Assembly: GCA_963836755.1 (NCBI GenBank)
Contig: CAWIKF010000002.1
Location: forward strand, 1,760,001 to 1,824,000
Direction of reading: 5' to 3'
Length of the DNA: 64,000 bases
From: an uncultured Verrucomicrobiae bacterium
GTDB lineage: Bacteria; Verrucomicrobiota; Verrucomicrobiia; Chthoniobacterales; Chthoniobacteraceae
Within the stretch, counting starts at the first letter, position 1, and each line of letters starts with the position of its first letter. A model generated the notes under the pieces. It ran no database searches, was not told the DNA's origin, and saw only the letters and a program-made list of their open reading frames with translations. Below are positions 49,180 to 59,202 of the stretch, in pieces. The position numbers and the translations under genes are program-made.

Positions 49180-49511
49180 AGATGCACGAGGCGCTGAGCG
49201 AGCTGCTGATCTTCGCACGCGAGCAAGGCGGCGATGATCAGCCTCACGTCCGCCGCGTGCTCGAGTGCATCGAGGATCTGAGCTTCCGCACGCGCCAGCG
49301 CGATTACAAAAAGCGAAACCGCGACCGGTGCATAAGGTGTGAACAACGCCTCGGCGACGGGATGCTTTGCTGGCCATGCCTGGCTGACGCACCGCGCGAA
49401 GTGCAGCAAGCGTTTAAACAAGCGGTCGGGCTCGATGGAATGCGCGAAGCGACTGAGACAATTTTGAAATGGGCTAGGCGGCACAGCTTCCACGAAAGCG
49501 AGGCCGCATGA
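49176..49511 (+). CDS. Hypothetical protein with two CxxC pairs
   Basis: CIRC...CWPC; coupled on both sides. Confidence 0.6.
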   Translation: MKMHEALSELLIFAREQGGDDQPHVRRVLECIEDLSFRTRQRDYKKRNRDRCIRCEQRLGDGMLCWPCLADAPREVQQAFKQAVGLDGMREATETILKWARRHSFHESEAA

Positions 49512-49834
49512 TCTGTCCGATCTGCCGAAAAGAAGTGCCGCAGCTCGAGCTGCTGACGGATGGATCACTGAGCCAGCTCGCGTGCCCGCATTGCCGGCGC
49601 CGGATGAGCGACGCGAGTTATGGGCAGAGCGATTACGATCAGACACTTCGCGGGCTCTGCAACGTGCTCCTGGACATCGTGGATGTGTCCGCGGCCGTCT
49701 CGCCCACTCTCGGGAGCTTGAAGGCTCACATCGTTGTCTCGCACGCGCTGCGCGCGCTGCCTCCGGTCCGGATCTGCGACGAGCTGCAGAATGTTTTCCC
49801 ATTTGTAAAACAAGAGGAAAGGCGATGCGCATGA
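49508..49834 (+). CDS. Hypothetical Zn-ribbon protein
   Basis: CPIC...CPHC at the N-terminus. Confidence 0.6.
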   Translation: MICPICRKEVPQLELLTDGSLSQLACPHCRRRMSDASYGQSDYDQTLRGLCNVLLDIVDVSAAVSPTLGSLKAHIVVSHALRALPPVRICDELQNVFPFVKQEERRCA

Positions 49835-50055
49835 GGGAAAAGATTGCCGGCTATGTCGTGGTGACTCCTAGCGGTGAACCGCTCGTGCGCGAAAAGCCGC
49901 GCGGCGGGATTCTGCTTATTTCGGATAGAGCGAGCGTGTTCAATAAGCGGCGCACAGCAGTCGCCATCCTCAGGCGCTCCCACACTTATGCCCGGAAGCA
50001 CAAATTCGCGTGGGCAGACCGCGCGGACCGGATCCTCCCGATCGTGGACGCATGA
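49831..50055 (+). CDS. Hypothetical protein
   Basis: ATGA-coupled MREKIAGYVVV... Confidence 0.5.
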   Translation: MREKIAGYVVVTPSGEPLVREKPRGGILLISDRASVFNKRRTAVAILRRSHTYARKHKFAWADRADRILPIVDA

Positions 50056-51113
50056 ATTTTATGACCCAACCTAACTACGACTTCCGAGCAATTGCCCGCG
50101 ACGTTCGTCGGTCGCTGCTGGTGACCGCGAATTTCGAGCGAATCCTGGACGGAGGAAAAATCAAGCACGTGAGGGTGAGCGACCAGATGCGCCGCCTTTT
50201 GCTTTTACTCAATGAGTTGACCTTTGAATCCAATCAGCCTGGCGTCTGGGTTCGTCATCTCATATCGCTCGCGCGGTCTATCTCGATCGACAAAGGCGAT
50301 TGCTCGGAAGCGGTTGCGAAACTTTTGGAATTTGAAGTCGTCGCGGTGGACCGGCGAGACGACGGCTGGCTATGGATCGAACTGCGTGCAGCGAAACTCG
50401 CAGTAAGCGGCCGTGCATTGGTAGCGCGCGCGGCAACAGAGGAAATCGTGCTGATGAATTACGATCGCATCCATCAGCCGGAAATCCCTGGCATCGAAAA
50501 ATCACTGCTTCAAGGGCGAAGCGGAGGTTTTGAGGAAGCCATGAAAGACGTGTCCAGAGATCAGGACCGCGAAGCGTTCGCGAACGTCCAGCCGCGCGGC
50601 GTGCGCGGTTATTGTGGCGTGGTTCCGGTTGGGAATCTCCCAACCAACAGCCGTGAAACGGTAGGGAATCTCCCAACCAGTGAGTTGGGAATCTCCCAAC
50701 CAAAAAGCGTGAGAGTTGGGAATCTCCCAACCGAGCATCTATATGATCGCGCGGGCGCGGACACGCGCGGCGATTCGACAGATCGACAGATCGGCGATTC
50801 GCTCGAATCGGGAGCTGTGGCTCCTGACAATTCGGGCAGAAGGTTTCGAGACAGTGACAAGAATTTCGCTTTCGAGGAGCTACTAGCTCTCGATCAAAAG
50901 CGGGAGCTCGGAGACGAAACCAGCCGCCGCACCTGGATCGGCCGGATCCGCGACAATCCCGGCGCGGTCCTCGAGGCAGTCGGCGAAGTGAAGGATGAGA
51001 TCCGCCGCGGCCAGCGCATCACGTCACCACTCGGCCGCGTGTTCGTGAAAGCGCAATCGATCGCGCGATCAGCCGGCAAAACCTTCCGCTCAATCCTTTT
51101 CATCCAGGTATGA
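50052..51113 (+). CDS. Putative replication initiator (lambda O-like architecture)
   Basis: N-terminal wHTH-like segment (LISLARSISIDKGDCSEAVAKLL); linker contains four DNA iterons (VGNLPT repeats); helical C-terminal domain. Confidence 0.7.
   Translation: MNFMTQPNYDFRAIARDVRRSLLVTANFERILDGGKIKHVRVSDQMRRLLLLLNELTFESNQPGVWVRHLISLARSISIDKGDCSEAVAKLLEFEVVAVDRRDDGWLWIELRAAKLAVSGRALVARAATEEIVLMNYDRIHQPEIPGIEKSLLQGRSGGFEEAMKDVSRDQDREAFANVQPRGVRGYCGVVPVGNLPTNSRETVGNLPTSELGISQPKSVRVGNLPTEHLYDRAGADTRGDSTDRQIGDSLESGAVAPDNSGRRFRDSDKNFAFEELLALDQKRELGDETSRRTWIGRIRDNPGAVLEAVGEVKDEIRRGQRITSPLGRVFVKAQSIARSAGKTFRSILFIQV
50627..50732. repeat. Four 19-bp palindromic iterons, candidate origin of replication
   Basis: (G/A)GT(T/A)GGGAATCTCCCAACC at 50627, 50660, 50683 and 50714. 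Confidence 0.85.
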
Positions 51114-51116
51114 ACA

Positions 51117-52945
51117 ATGCAGCGCAAACAGGCAGTTAAACAAATGAATATTTTGTGGACCGAAGCGCAATTTTTAACCGAACACGAATCCGGCGCGTGG
51201 AAAAAACAATCAGTTAAACAACAAAACACTATGCCAGCCCTGAAAAAACCTCGTCCGCAAAAACACGGACTCTCACAGCAAGCGCGAGCGCGAATCTTAT
51301 CGGATGCGAGAGCGCGATGGTCGAAAAGAAAGGCCGCTGCCGCGGCGAGCGACAACGGCCCAGTTTCCCCCCAGAACGGTGCAAAGAATAGCGCGGCTTC
51401 TACCAATGACAAGCTCGCGCCGGCGACTGCGGTGAAGCTACTCGACGCGGCGATCGAGCGCGCTGCAGTGAAGGCTGGTGTGAGTGTTGCTGATTTTAAA
51501 AAGCTGCCGGCGCGCGATCAAAACGCCTATCTCGCTGAGCAGCGCGGCGCGAAGACGGCGGAAGGAACTGAGCCAGGAGTGCAGTATTACGACCCGGCGC
51601 TGATCGATCTGTCGCCTTTCAACCGAACGTATTTCGATGAAGGCAAAAACGCGGAGCTGATTGAGAGCGTCCGGATCTATGGAGTAGCCCAAAACGGTAT
51701 CGGCCGGCCGCACCCGACGAAGCCAGGCCGCATCGAGCTGGTGGCTGGGCAGCGGCGATGGAACGCGGCGAAGATCACGAAGCGGCCGATGCCATTGAAG
51801 GTGATGCCGATGACCGATGAGCAGGCAATCGAGCTGCAGGCCGTGGAAAATTTGCATCGCGAGGATCTGAGTCCAATCGACGAAGCGGTGAAGTATCAGC
51901 AGCTCATCGAATGCTATGGAAAGCGCGGGATTTTGAAGACAGCCGCGGTGGACATGGTGAGTGAGAAACTGAAGGTCTCGGTGTCTGGCATCCATGCTTC
52001 GCTGAAGCTGTTGAAGCTACCGGATGAAGTGCAGGAAGCGGTGCGCGAAATGCGCCTGCCACCTAGCCACGCGGACCTGCTCGGAAAGCTCGAGCACGAT
52101 CAAGACGCGCAAAAGCTGGCAGCGCGTCAGATTTTGAATCCGAAAAGAAGCGACCAAAGCGAGGAAGGTGTGATGAGTTTTCGCGAGGCAAAGCGGTTAG
52201 TCGATCACGAGCTGGAGAAGATGGAGAACCGAACAGCGTTTAACAAACTGCGCGATGAGTTTGTCCGCAAAGGTGATCTGGTTCTTTCGGCGGCCGACAA
52301 CGCGAAGCTGTTCGTGCACGAGGGCAATCCGTGGCACCTGACTCACAATTCCGGCTTCGTAAAACCGGATGAATACTGCAACGAGTTTAATTGCGACACA
52401 TGGAAGAAGGCTTGCGGGAAAAATGCTCCCGATCTGTGCTGGCACAGGCTCGCGACGGTGCGCCGGTGATCTTGTGGCCGCTGAGTTATGCGAGATCGGC
52501 AGCGCAAAGGAATCGACCGCGCAGCGAGACGAACCAGAGATGGAGCCGGCCGGAAAGCGACGTGCGCGCGGAGCGAGAGCACAAAGCGCGTGCGAAATTT
52601 TATGAAGCGTTGATGGGAGTGATCGCGCAGAAGGCTGAGGAAATGGACGGGAACTCGCCTCAGCTCTGGCGACTGCTTTTCGGGTTCATCGTCAATCGCG
52701 TTGGGAATGATGCGTGCCGGCGTGTGCGCAAGCGTCGCGATCTGACGCACAAAAAAGATGACCGCGATGAAGTCACGATCGAGGCGTCGCTAAAAACTGC
52801 CACGACGAAGCAATTGAGGGGCGCCGTTGCTGAACTCATCGCAGCGTGGCACGCGCCGAGTCTGCATCAAAGCGGTTGGACTAACGATGCGAAGGAAATG
52901 GCACAAGCTCTCGGGATCACGCTGCCGGCGTGGAAAGTGTCATGA
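51117..52945 (+). CDS. ParB/Spo0J-family protein with long C-terminus (apparent frameshift ~52430)
   Basis: SPFNRTYF, ELIESVR, LVAGQRRWNA, ENLHREDLSPIDEA, HTH; continues in ORF 52391-52945; start may be 51231. Confidence 0.85.
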
Positions 52946-53306
52946 AGATGCCGAAATACATTTTGACGATCGGCTTCAATGAATACGTCGTTGCCGACAA
53001 CAAAGGACTCGCGACGATCATGGCAGTGCTCGAGGACGCAGTTCCGGTGCGGGCTCATCTCACAGCAAAATCGAAATCAGCCTTGAATGGACTGAAGAAG
53101 GTGAGGAAGCGATGCTTGCTCAATCGACCACTGTTTCATTGGTTCGCATTCCGCCTGGCGTGACGTGGACGCGAAGAACGAAGGCCGGAACAGTTGAGAT
53201 CATCAGGCCAGTAGCTCTCAACGCTGGCGACGGTGTTAAGCGAAGCGGCAAAGCTGTTAAGAAGCTGAACGGCCGGCAGCCATTGCAACTGGAGTTCGGA
53301 CGATGA
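52942..53306 (+). CDS. Hypothetical protein (apparent frameshift ~53065)
   Basis: MKMPKYILTIGFNEYVV... joins ...MLAQSTTVSLVRIP... Confidence 0.5.
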
Positions 53307-53469
53307 ACGATGCAACGCAACAATCTGTTAAGCAAGAGCGTATTGCAGCGAACCGGAGGGACGCGATGCACCCACCCCCACGCAAGGAATCTCTTCGCTC
53401 TAGGTCACGAACGGGCAGTCTTGGCGACTCCCTGCGTTTTCGTATCTGTGATGCAAATTCAAACTTCCC

Positions 53470-54251
53470 ATGAAATCTAAACGCACCCCATCTCCTGAAG
53501 CCTCTGGAATTCCGGTCCACTGCAAATACGACAAGATCGTTCCGGCCGCTGAGCTGAAACTTTGGAATGAGCAACCGAACTCGAAAAATCCGCAGGTGCA
53601 TCCGCCCGCTCAGCTGGACCGCTATGAAACAGTCGTCGCGAAAAATGGCTTCCGGCGCTGCGCCGTGGTCTCGTCGCTTTCCGGTTGTGTTACAAAAGGA
53701 AACGGCCTCGTCCAGATGGCTCGCCGCCGCGGTTGGTCTGTGCCGATCGAGATCCAGAACTATCAAAGCCGCGCCGAGGAATTGCGCGACGTCGCCGCCG
53801 ATAACCAACTCGCGAAACTAGCGCAGACGGACAAGGACGCGCTTCGTCAGCTCCTTGGCGAGCTCGATCCTGGTGAAGTCCAATTCGCGGCCGTCAGCGC
53901 AGACGAATTTGATAGACTCATTTCCGAAACAAACATCCCAGAAGCCGAGTTTCCGATCACCGCAAAGCTAGGAGAATCCTATGACTACGTCCTCATCTTC
54001 ACCACGAACGCGACCGAATTTGCGTTCCTCCAAAACCTCCTCGGCATCCGGCCGGAGCGGTCCTACAAAAAGCAAGGCGTCGGGCTCGGTCGCGCGATCC
54101 CGCTCGAGCGCGCCCTTGCCGCCATCCGTGCTAACCGTCATTCCCTCGATGTCCAGGGCGGCGACGATGACGACACACCGGCTGCTGCCAAACGCGATCG
54201 TGTGCGTGCCGGAAAGCCAGCGAGCGATTACGCAAAAGTCGTCGGGAGTGA
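53470..54251 (+). CDS. ParB/Sulfiredoxin N-terminal domain protein (DNA-modification-associated type)
   Basis: IPVHCKYDKIV, NPQVHPPAQL, NGFR, KGNG, ADNQLAKLA, ESYDYVLI; native stop inferred at 54249-54251 if one base is missing near 54219. Confidence 0.7.
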
Positions 54252-54928
54252 CCTAATCCTCACGCATCCCGATTCAGTCAAAGGTCTCACGCCGAAACTC
54301 AATTGGATCCTCGATTGTTGGGACCGCTTCGCGACGCAGGAATGCCGCGGGCTCGATGCGACGTTCGTTCATAGCGACCGACGCGATCGTTTTCATCGAC
54401 GACGATATTGCCAGCCTGCAGCGCTGCTTCGTCGAGAAAGGCGAGCAAGCCACAATCCGAGATCCTCAGCTCATCGAGGAGATCATCACCAACACGGCGC
54501 GCGTGGCGGCCGATGTCGGCGCATACTATTTCGGCTGGGAAGCCAGCAACGGCGCCGTGCTGTTTTACACCGGCCTCAAACCGTTCGCGTTGACCGGCTA
54601 CATCAACGGCTGCGCGATGGGATTCCGCCGCGGCCATGGCCTGCGCTTCGACTCACGCATCGTCGCGAAGAACGACTTCGACATCGCCGCGATGAACGCG
54701 CACAAGCATCGCATTTGTTTAAAGGATTGTAGATACAGCTTTTGCCAAAAGGAAACATTCACCGGTCGCGGCGGCCAGGCTGCTTTCCGCACATCGAAGA
54801 CCGAAAAAAACGATGTCGAACTTCTGCAAAAGAAGTGGGGCGACATCTTCCACTTCGGTGGCCACAGCGCCACGCGGAAACGCGATTACGCCGGCGTCCA
54901 GAAGATCACGATGCACCTGCCTTTTTAG
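54128..54928 (+). CDS. GT-A glycosyltransferase of the TET-associated/GREB1-like type (two apparent frameshifts)
   Basis: VIPSMSRA...VCVPESQ, shift, DY...THPD...GL...NWILD, shift, IVFIDDDI...RFD...KNDFD...GGQ...R...LQKKWG. Confidence 0.75.
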
Positions 54929-54987
54929 AAAAAACTTGCGTCCCACAATTTATCAAGGCGAGGTTCATGCCCCTTTAGAGCCACGCC

Positions 54988-55290
54988 ATGAACATCACGA
55001 AAGCAACGGCCAGTATCGAAGGCCTCGGCTACCCGCTTTTGCGGCTCACAATAGACGGCCATCCCGCCTACGTGTCGGAGCCAAAACAAACTCTGCTCGA
55101 CCAAGGCATCGTCGTGCTGCTCGACGAAGCTGGTTATTGGGAAAATACGGTATCCGCCATTTTCCGTCCTGATTCAGTCGCGCAAAAGCGAAATGAACTC
55201 ATGGTCTTGCGCGGCGCCGTGGCCGATCCAAAGCTCGCGGGCATCGTTACGCGCTTCCTAAATGGGGAAACGGGAGACCTACTCCTCTAG
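54988..55290 (+). CDS. Hypothetical protein
   Basis: 100-aa ORF MNITKATASIEG... Confidence 0.55.
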   Translation: MNITKATASIEGLGYPLLRLTIDGHPAYVSEPKQTLLDQGIVVLLDEAGYWENTVSAIFRPDSVAQKRNELMVLRGAVADPKLAGIVTRFLNGETGDLLL

Positions 55291-55306
55291 AATACCGCGT
55301 AGTTTT

Positions 55307-55966
55307 CTAGCGCCCGCGCAGCCGCTCCTCCGTCATCGACTGCAGCTCCGCGCGCCGCTGCTCCGCCGTCATTGTGTCTGGAAACAGTTGCTTTACAGGC
55401 TGAGGAGCTGGCTCGGGAGGAAGATCATCGGAAATAAATTCCATCGTGTAAGCGGCAACCCTTCCCTTCAAATCATCCCTCAAAGCGACCACCTTGATCT
55501 TCTCGCCCGGCGTCAGGCGATATGGATAACCTTTCAGCAACACCCGACCGGAAGCAATGGACCTTGGGTTGTTCGCTGGAACCAGCTTGCCGCGATACAA
55601 AAAATAAGTCTCACCGTATTCCTTGCTCTCCTCTCGTGACGCGAGCCCTGCGAGCTGCGCGATCTCGCCGGCACCGGTGCGAGAAGACACAACCCAGTTT
55701 TGCCCGAAAAAACGATCCTCTGCACAATCCACTAAAACTCCCTCCTCGCGCACCGCGCTGACCTCGCCGCGGACGAGAGAAAGTTGACCGAATCTTGCGT
55801 GCCGCGGAGAAGGAGGCGGCGTCGCGGTTGGGATTGGATCTGTGGTTGCGGCCGCAGCGGAAAGTCTTTGCTGTTTGAAAGCGGCAGCTCTCCGGTCCAA
55901 CTCGTGAATGCGCAGGTAGCCAAATGCAAAGATGACGAGGAAGGTGAGAACGAGCAGTGTTTTCAT
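55307..55966 (-). CDS. Hypothetical membrane-anchored protein
   Basis: MKTLLVLTFLVIFAFG TM helix, Pro/Thr linker. Confidence 0.65.
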   Translation of the reverse strand: MKTLLVLTFLVIFAFGYLRIHELDRRAAAFKQQRLSAAAATTDPIPTATPPPSPRHARFGQLSLVRGEVSAVREEGVLVDCAEDRFFGQNWVVSSRTGAGEIAQLAGLASREESKEYGETYFLYRGKLVPANNPRSIASGRVLLKGYPYRLTPGEKIKVVALRDDLKGRVAAYTMEFISDDLPPEPAPQPVKQLFPDTMTAEQRRAELQSMTEERLRGR

Positions 55967-56017
55967 CTTTTTCTTTGGGAAGCTCTCGGCAACCGAATCG
56001 TGCTCCGGCTGCACATA

Positions 56018-56272
56018 TCAGTGGGGAAACTTGGCGCGAATTTTCAAGGGATACAATTCTTGAATCGGCACATCGAGCACGCCGGAGAGAAACGCCAGGT
56101 CTCGATCCTCGATCGCGCGAAATCCCAGCTCGATGCGTGCAATGATGTCTCGTGAAACATCCCATCCAGCTAGCTGGCATTTTGAAGCGAGCTGGCTTTG
56201 TGAAAGGCCGCGCAGGTTGCGCCACCGCACCACTTCGCGGCCGCAGACATTGCGAATTTTGCGTGTGCTCAC
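56018..56272 (-). CDS. XRE-family HTH regulator
   Basis: NVCGREV...RGLSQSQLASKCQLAGWDVSRDIIARIELGFR; GTG start inferred. Confidence 0.85.
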   Translation of the reverse strand: MSTRKIRNVCGREVVRWRNLRGLSQSQLASKCQLAGWDVSRDIIARIELGFRAIEDRDLAFLSGVLDVPIQELYPLKIRAKFPH

Positions 56273-56309
56273 GCTTGCACCGTAGCCGCCTGACAGATGG
56301 AATGGCTGC

Positions 56310-56516
56310 GTGCCAAAGCACACAAACGCCGCAGCGCTCAAGCTGCCCGACCAATTGCTGGTCCGTTATTTCCGCAACGGCGAAATCGAAAACGTCGCCG
56401 ACGTGGAGGAAAAGGATGGCAATGTCGGCGTCGTCTTGAAATTTCCCAAAGGCCCGCGCATCGACCACTGGCGCGACTTGGGCGGCGGCCTCGGCTTCAT
56501 ACCGTCCGGTGATTGA
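56310..56516 (+). CDS. Hypothetical protein
   Basis: 68-aa ORF divergent from the XRE gene. Confidence 0.5.
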   Translation: MPKHTNAAALKLPDQLLVRYFRNGEIENVADVEEKDGNVGVVLKFPKGPRIDHWRDLGGGLGFIPSGD

Positions 56517-56548
56517 CTCACTGCACAGCTCCGTAGAAAATCGCGAAC

Positions 56549-56881
56549 GTGAACAAAGAGGACGTGGATGAAGCAGTCGCGAAATGGCTGCCGCAGGTTG
56601 GCCTGCCTCCCGCGCCGGAGCCTGGCGTAAAGGATCTGCGCGGCAGATCGATCCGCGTCGCGAAGTTTACGGACGACGAAACCGCGCGATTCTTTTTTCC
56701 GCGGCGGTCGCTGTTGTTTCAACAACGCATGGTGCGCGTGCTGGCGGTGCAGCTGCGCAAACGCGGCGCAAAGATCGAGAGCGTGCAGCTCACGATCGAG
56801 GAATACGCGCGCTGGCAGGATGAGAGCGGGGAGCCAGACTCGCCGGAGCTGCGCTACCGATACGCGACCGAGTTGCCGTGA
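56549..56881 (+). CDS. Hypothetical protein
   Basis: 110 aa; coupled to the next gene. Confidence 0.55.
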   Translation: MNKEDVDEAVAKWLPQVGLPPAPEPGVKDLRGRSIRVAKFTDDETARFFFPRRSLLFQQRMVRVLAVQLRKRGAKIESVQLTIEEYARWQDESGEPDSPELRYRYATELP

Positions 56882-57198
56882 TGTCCGCTAAATTCAAAGT
56901 CGAAATTACAAGCCATGTCGGCGACAAGCCGGAGCTGATCGCGACTGTCTATTGGTCGGAAGAAACAGGCGTGGTTTGCGACAATGCTGTCGTTGGCGAT
57001 GAGCTTTCCTTCGGGCTCGCGGTGCCCCCGCGTGGCGAGCCGATTTATGCCGAAGCTGGGCGCGCATTTTTATATGCGCTGAAGTTCGAATTCAGCGGCA
57101 TCGTCCGCGCTGGCCATCCTGTCGAATGTGCCGAAGTAAAAGGGGATCCTGTGCCGGCGCTGCGTGGCCAATCCCCCTGGCAAGGTCGCAGGGCTTAA
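56878..57198 (+). CDS. Hypothetical protein
   Basis: 106 aa; GTGA overlap. Confidence 0.55.
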   Translation: MMSAKFKVEITSHVGDKPELIATVYWSEETGVVCDNAVVGDELSFGLAVPPRGEPIYAEAGRAFLYALKFEFSGIVRAGHPVECAEVKGDPVPALRGQSPWQGRRA

Positions 57199-57271
57199 TT
57201 CCGCAAGCTGCTCGCACACCGGCAGCTTGAGAGCATCGGCCTTGCCGGTGTGAGGAAAATTTTCGGCACGA

Positions 57272-57369
57272 TTGGTTTTTCGCGACGTCACGGGTGGCGG
57301 CTGCGAAGTTTAACACGTAGTTAAACAAAAAACCGGATGAGGCGACCGACCAAACGGCCAATCAAAATC
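57272..57369 (+). promoter_or_regulatory. Conserved leader motif, copy 2, with upstream box and palindrome
   Basis: TTGGTTTTTCGCGACGTCACGGGTGGCG; GTTTAAC-ACGTA-GTTAAAC; AAAAAACCGGATGAGGCGACCGACCAAACGGCCA. Confidence 0.7.
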
Positions 57370-58101
57370 GTGCAAAGCACACCATCAGAAGTAATCGAAA
57401 AACTACGGAAACTGCTCCGCCTGGCTTCGGATAAAGGAGCCACTCAAGGCGAGGCGGAAGCCGCGATGCAAAAAGCGCAAGAGATTGCGCTTCGTTATAA
57501 GGTGCAGCTCGCCGGCATCAATCATGCCGAGCGGCCCGCCGAGGAATACACGGAAGACCGGCAGCAACGCCGGAAAACGTTCCAAGCAAAATACGTCGAG
57601 TGGATTGTCAGGAAGCACTTCAACGTGACTTTTGTGTATGGCTGCAATGGCGAGCTTTTCGTCATCGGCAAGCCTACCGACATCGAGTTCGCCAAGTGGG
57701 TCATGGAATATCTGGAAGGCGAATTCCCGCGGCTCTGGACGCGCTACCAGCGCGAGACCAGTTGCGGGCAGGGCGCGCGCGTAAATTACTTTTACGGCGT
57801 TTATGTCGGGCTCGATGCAAAACTCACTGAGAACAAGCAGCGCGTCGAAGGAGAGGCGATCATTGAGGCGGAGTTGAATGGCGATAAACGCATCGCCGCC
57901 AATTACCAGCTCGCAGTGGTCAACGATCAAAAGGCGCTCGCCGCTGCGGTGAAACGCTTCCATCCGAACGTTCGGAGTGGCGGCCGCGCGACTTTAAATC
58001 TTCGTCACGAGAGCGCGATCGCCGCGGGTCAGCGCGCTGGCCGCAACATCAATATCAACCGTCCTCTGGGCGGCGGTTCCACAGCTGGGAGGCTTCGCTA
58101 A
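57370..58101 (+). CDS. DUF2786 domain protein
   Basis: IEKLRKLLRLA...ATQGEAEAAMQKAQEIALRY; C-terminal AGQRAGRNININRPL. Confidence 0.85.
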   Translation: MQSTPSEVIEKLRKLLRLASDKGATQGEAEAAMQKAQEIALRYKVQLAGINHAERPAEEYTEDRQQRRKTFQAKYVEWIVRKHFNVTFVYGCNGELFVIGKPTDIEFAKWVMEYLEGEFPRLWTRYQRETSCGQGARVNYFYGVYVGLDAKLTENKQRVEGEAIIEAELNGDKRIAANYQLAVVNDQKALAAAVKRFHPNVRSGGRATLNLRHESAIAAGQRAGRNININRPLGGGSTAGRLR

Positions 58102-58102
58102 A

Positions 58103-58408
58103 ATGCCACTCACTCCACCGCTCCAAAAACCGGCCTTCGAGCGCGGCCAACTGATGATGACTCGCGGCATCCTGCAGCTATTTAGCAAAGATGAAAGAGT
58201 GCTGCGCGAGCTGCTCGTGTTGCTCGCCCGGCATCTCACAGGTGACTGCGGCGACATGAGCGAGGAAGACGTGTGGGCAAACCTCCGCGCAATTTTGAGC
58301 GGCGGCGAGCGCGTCTTTTCCTCGTATCAAACGGAGTTCGGCAAGATCTGGATAATCACCGAAGCCGACAGATCCGCGACAACGATCATGCTGCCAGAGG
58401 AATACTGA
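58103..58408 (+). CDS. Conserved plasmid/phage-type hypothetical protein
   Basis: GQLMMTRG, RHLTGDCGD...N...RVFSSY...KIWIITEADRSATTIMLPEEY. Confidence 0.8.
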   Translation: MPLTPPLQKPAFERGQLMMTRGILQLFSKDERVLRELLVLLARHLTGDCGDMSEEDVWANLRAILSGGERVFSSYQTEFGKIWIITEADRSATTIMLPEEY

Positions 58409-58410
58409 AG

Positions 58411-58507
58411 GTTCCCGTTTGTCCGTCGCATCAGTGGCGGCGGACATCGGGGAGCAATCACGCTCCACAAAAACGGAAGAGGCAACCGACCAAACGGCCA
58501 TTTAAAC
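58411..58507 (+). promoter_or_regulatory. Conserved leader motif, copy 3, preceded by a long hairpin
   Basis: TGTCCGTCGC-ATCAGTG-GCGGCGGACA hairpin; CAAAAACGGAAGAGGCAACCGACCAAACGGCCATTTAAAC then ATG. Confidence 0.7.
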
Positions 58508-59200
58508 ATGAGAACACAACGCAAAACCGCTGCGGCTCCTGCTGCAGCTTCATTCCAACCTGACTTCCGCGTCGTCGGCAAAGACGAACCCGCGCCGGCA
58601 GCCGGAGTCAGGAAACTCAACCTCGGCGGATTGGTAAAAACCGCCGAGAAAAAATCAAGCAGCCATCCGGCGCTCACGCTGTCGGAGGAAAGCCGCGCGC
58701 TCCTCGAGCAGTTCGTGGAGATCGCGCCGCAGTTCAAGGAGCTGGAGAAAAAGGTGAAGAGCCTCAAAACTCAAATCGCACCTTCCATCAAGGCCGATTA
58801 CTTCGCTCAGCTCGAGGGCTCGAGTCTCGACGGCTCCAGCATGAGCGCGCAGATCGGCGCGCAGCCGGTGAAGCTTGTCTTCAAGGACAGCTACTCCACG
58901 CTCTGCAACGATGACGCTCCGCTGGTCGCAGCGATCGGCGCCGAATTGGTCGCGCGGCACTTCCGCCAAGTCACCAAGCTGACGCTCGACCTCGACAAGA
59001 TTGCCGAGGAAAAGCAGGAGAAGTTCATCGGCGCGATTCTCGCCGCTGCCGAAAAACTCGGCATCAGCGACGGGATCAGCGCGAAGCAGTGCATCCAGCC
59101 GCGCGCAGGCTTCCACGCCGCGCGCACGTCGGTGCTGACGCCGGAGCAAAACGTCGCTGTGGACGCGATTATCCCGCTCTCGGCATATCCGCAAATCTAG
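58508..59200 (+). CDS. Hypothetical protein
   Basis: 230-aa ORF with a coiled-coil segment, directly after the leader motif. Confidence 0.75.
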   Translation: MRTQRKTAAAPAAASFQPDFRVVGKDEPAPAAGVRKLNLGGLVKTAEKKSSSHPALTLSEESRALLEQFVEIAPQFKELEKKVKSLKTQIAPSIKADYFAQLEGSSLDGSSMSAQIGAQPVKLVFKDSYSTLCNDDAPLVAAIGAELVARHFRQVTKLTLDLDKIAEEKQEKFIGAILAAAEKLGISDGISAKQCIQPRAGFHAARTSVLTPEQNVAVDAIIPLSAYPQI

Positions 59201-59202
59201 CC

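Noticed and set aside
53470..54732. 420-aa ParB-glycosyltransferase fusion as shown in the ORF track
   Set aside because: The glycosyltransferase motifs are spread over three frames; two overlapping genes plus indels explain this better
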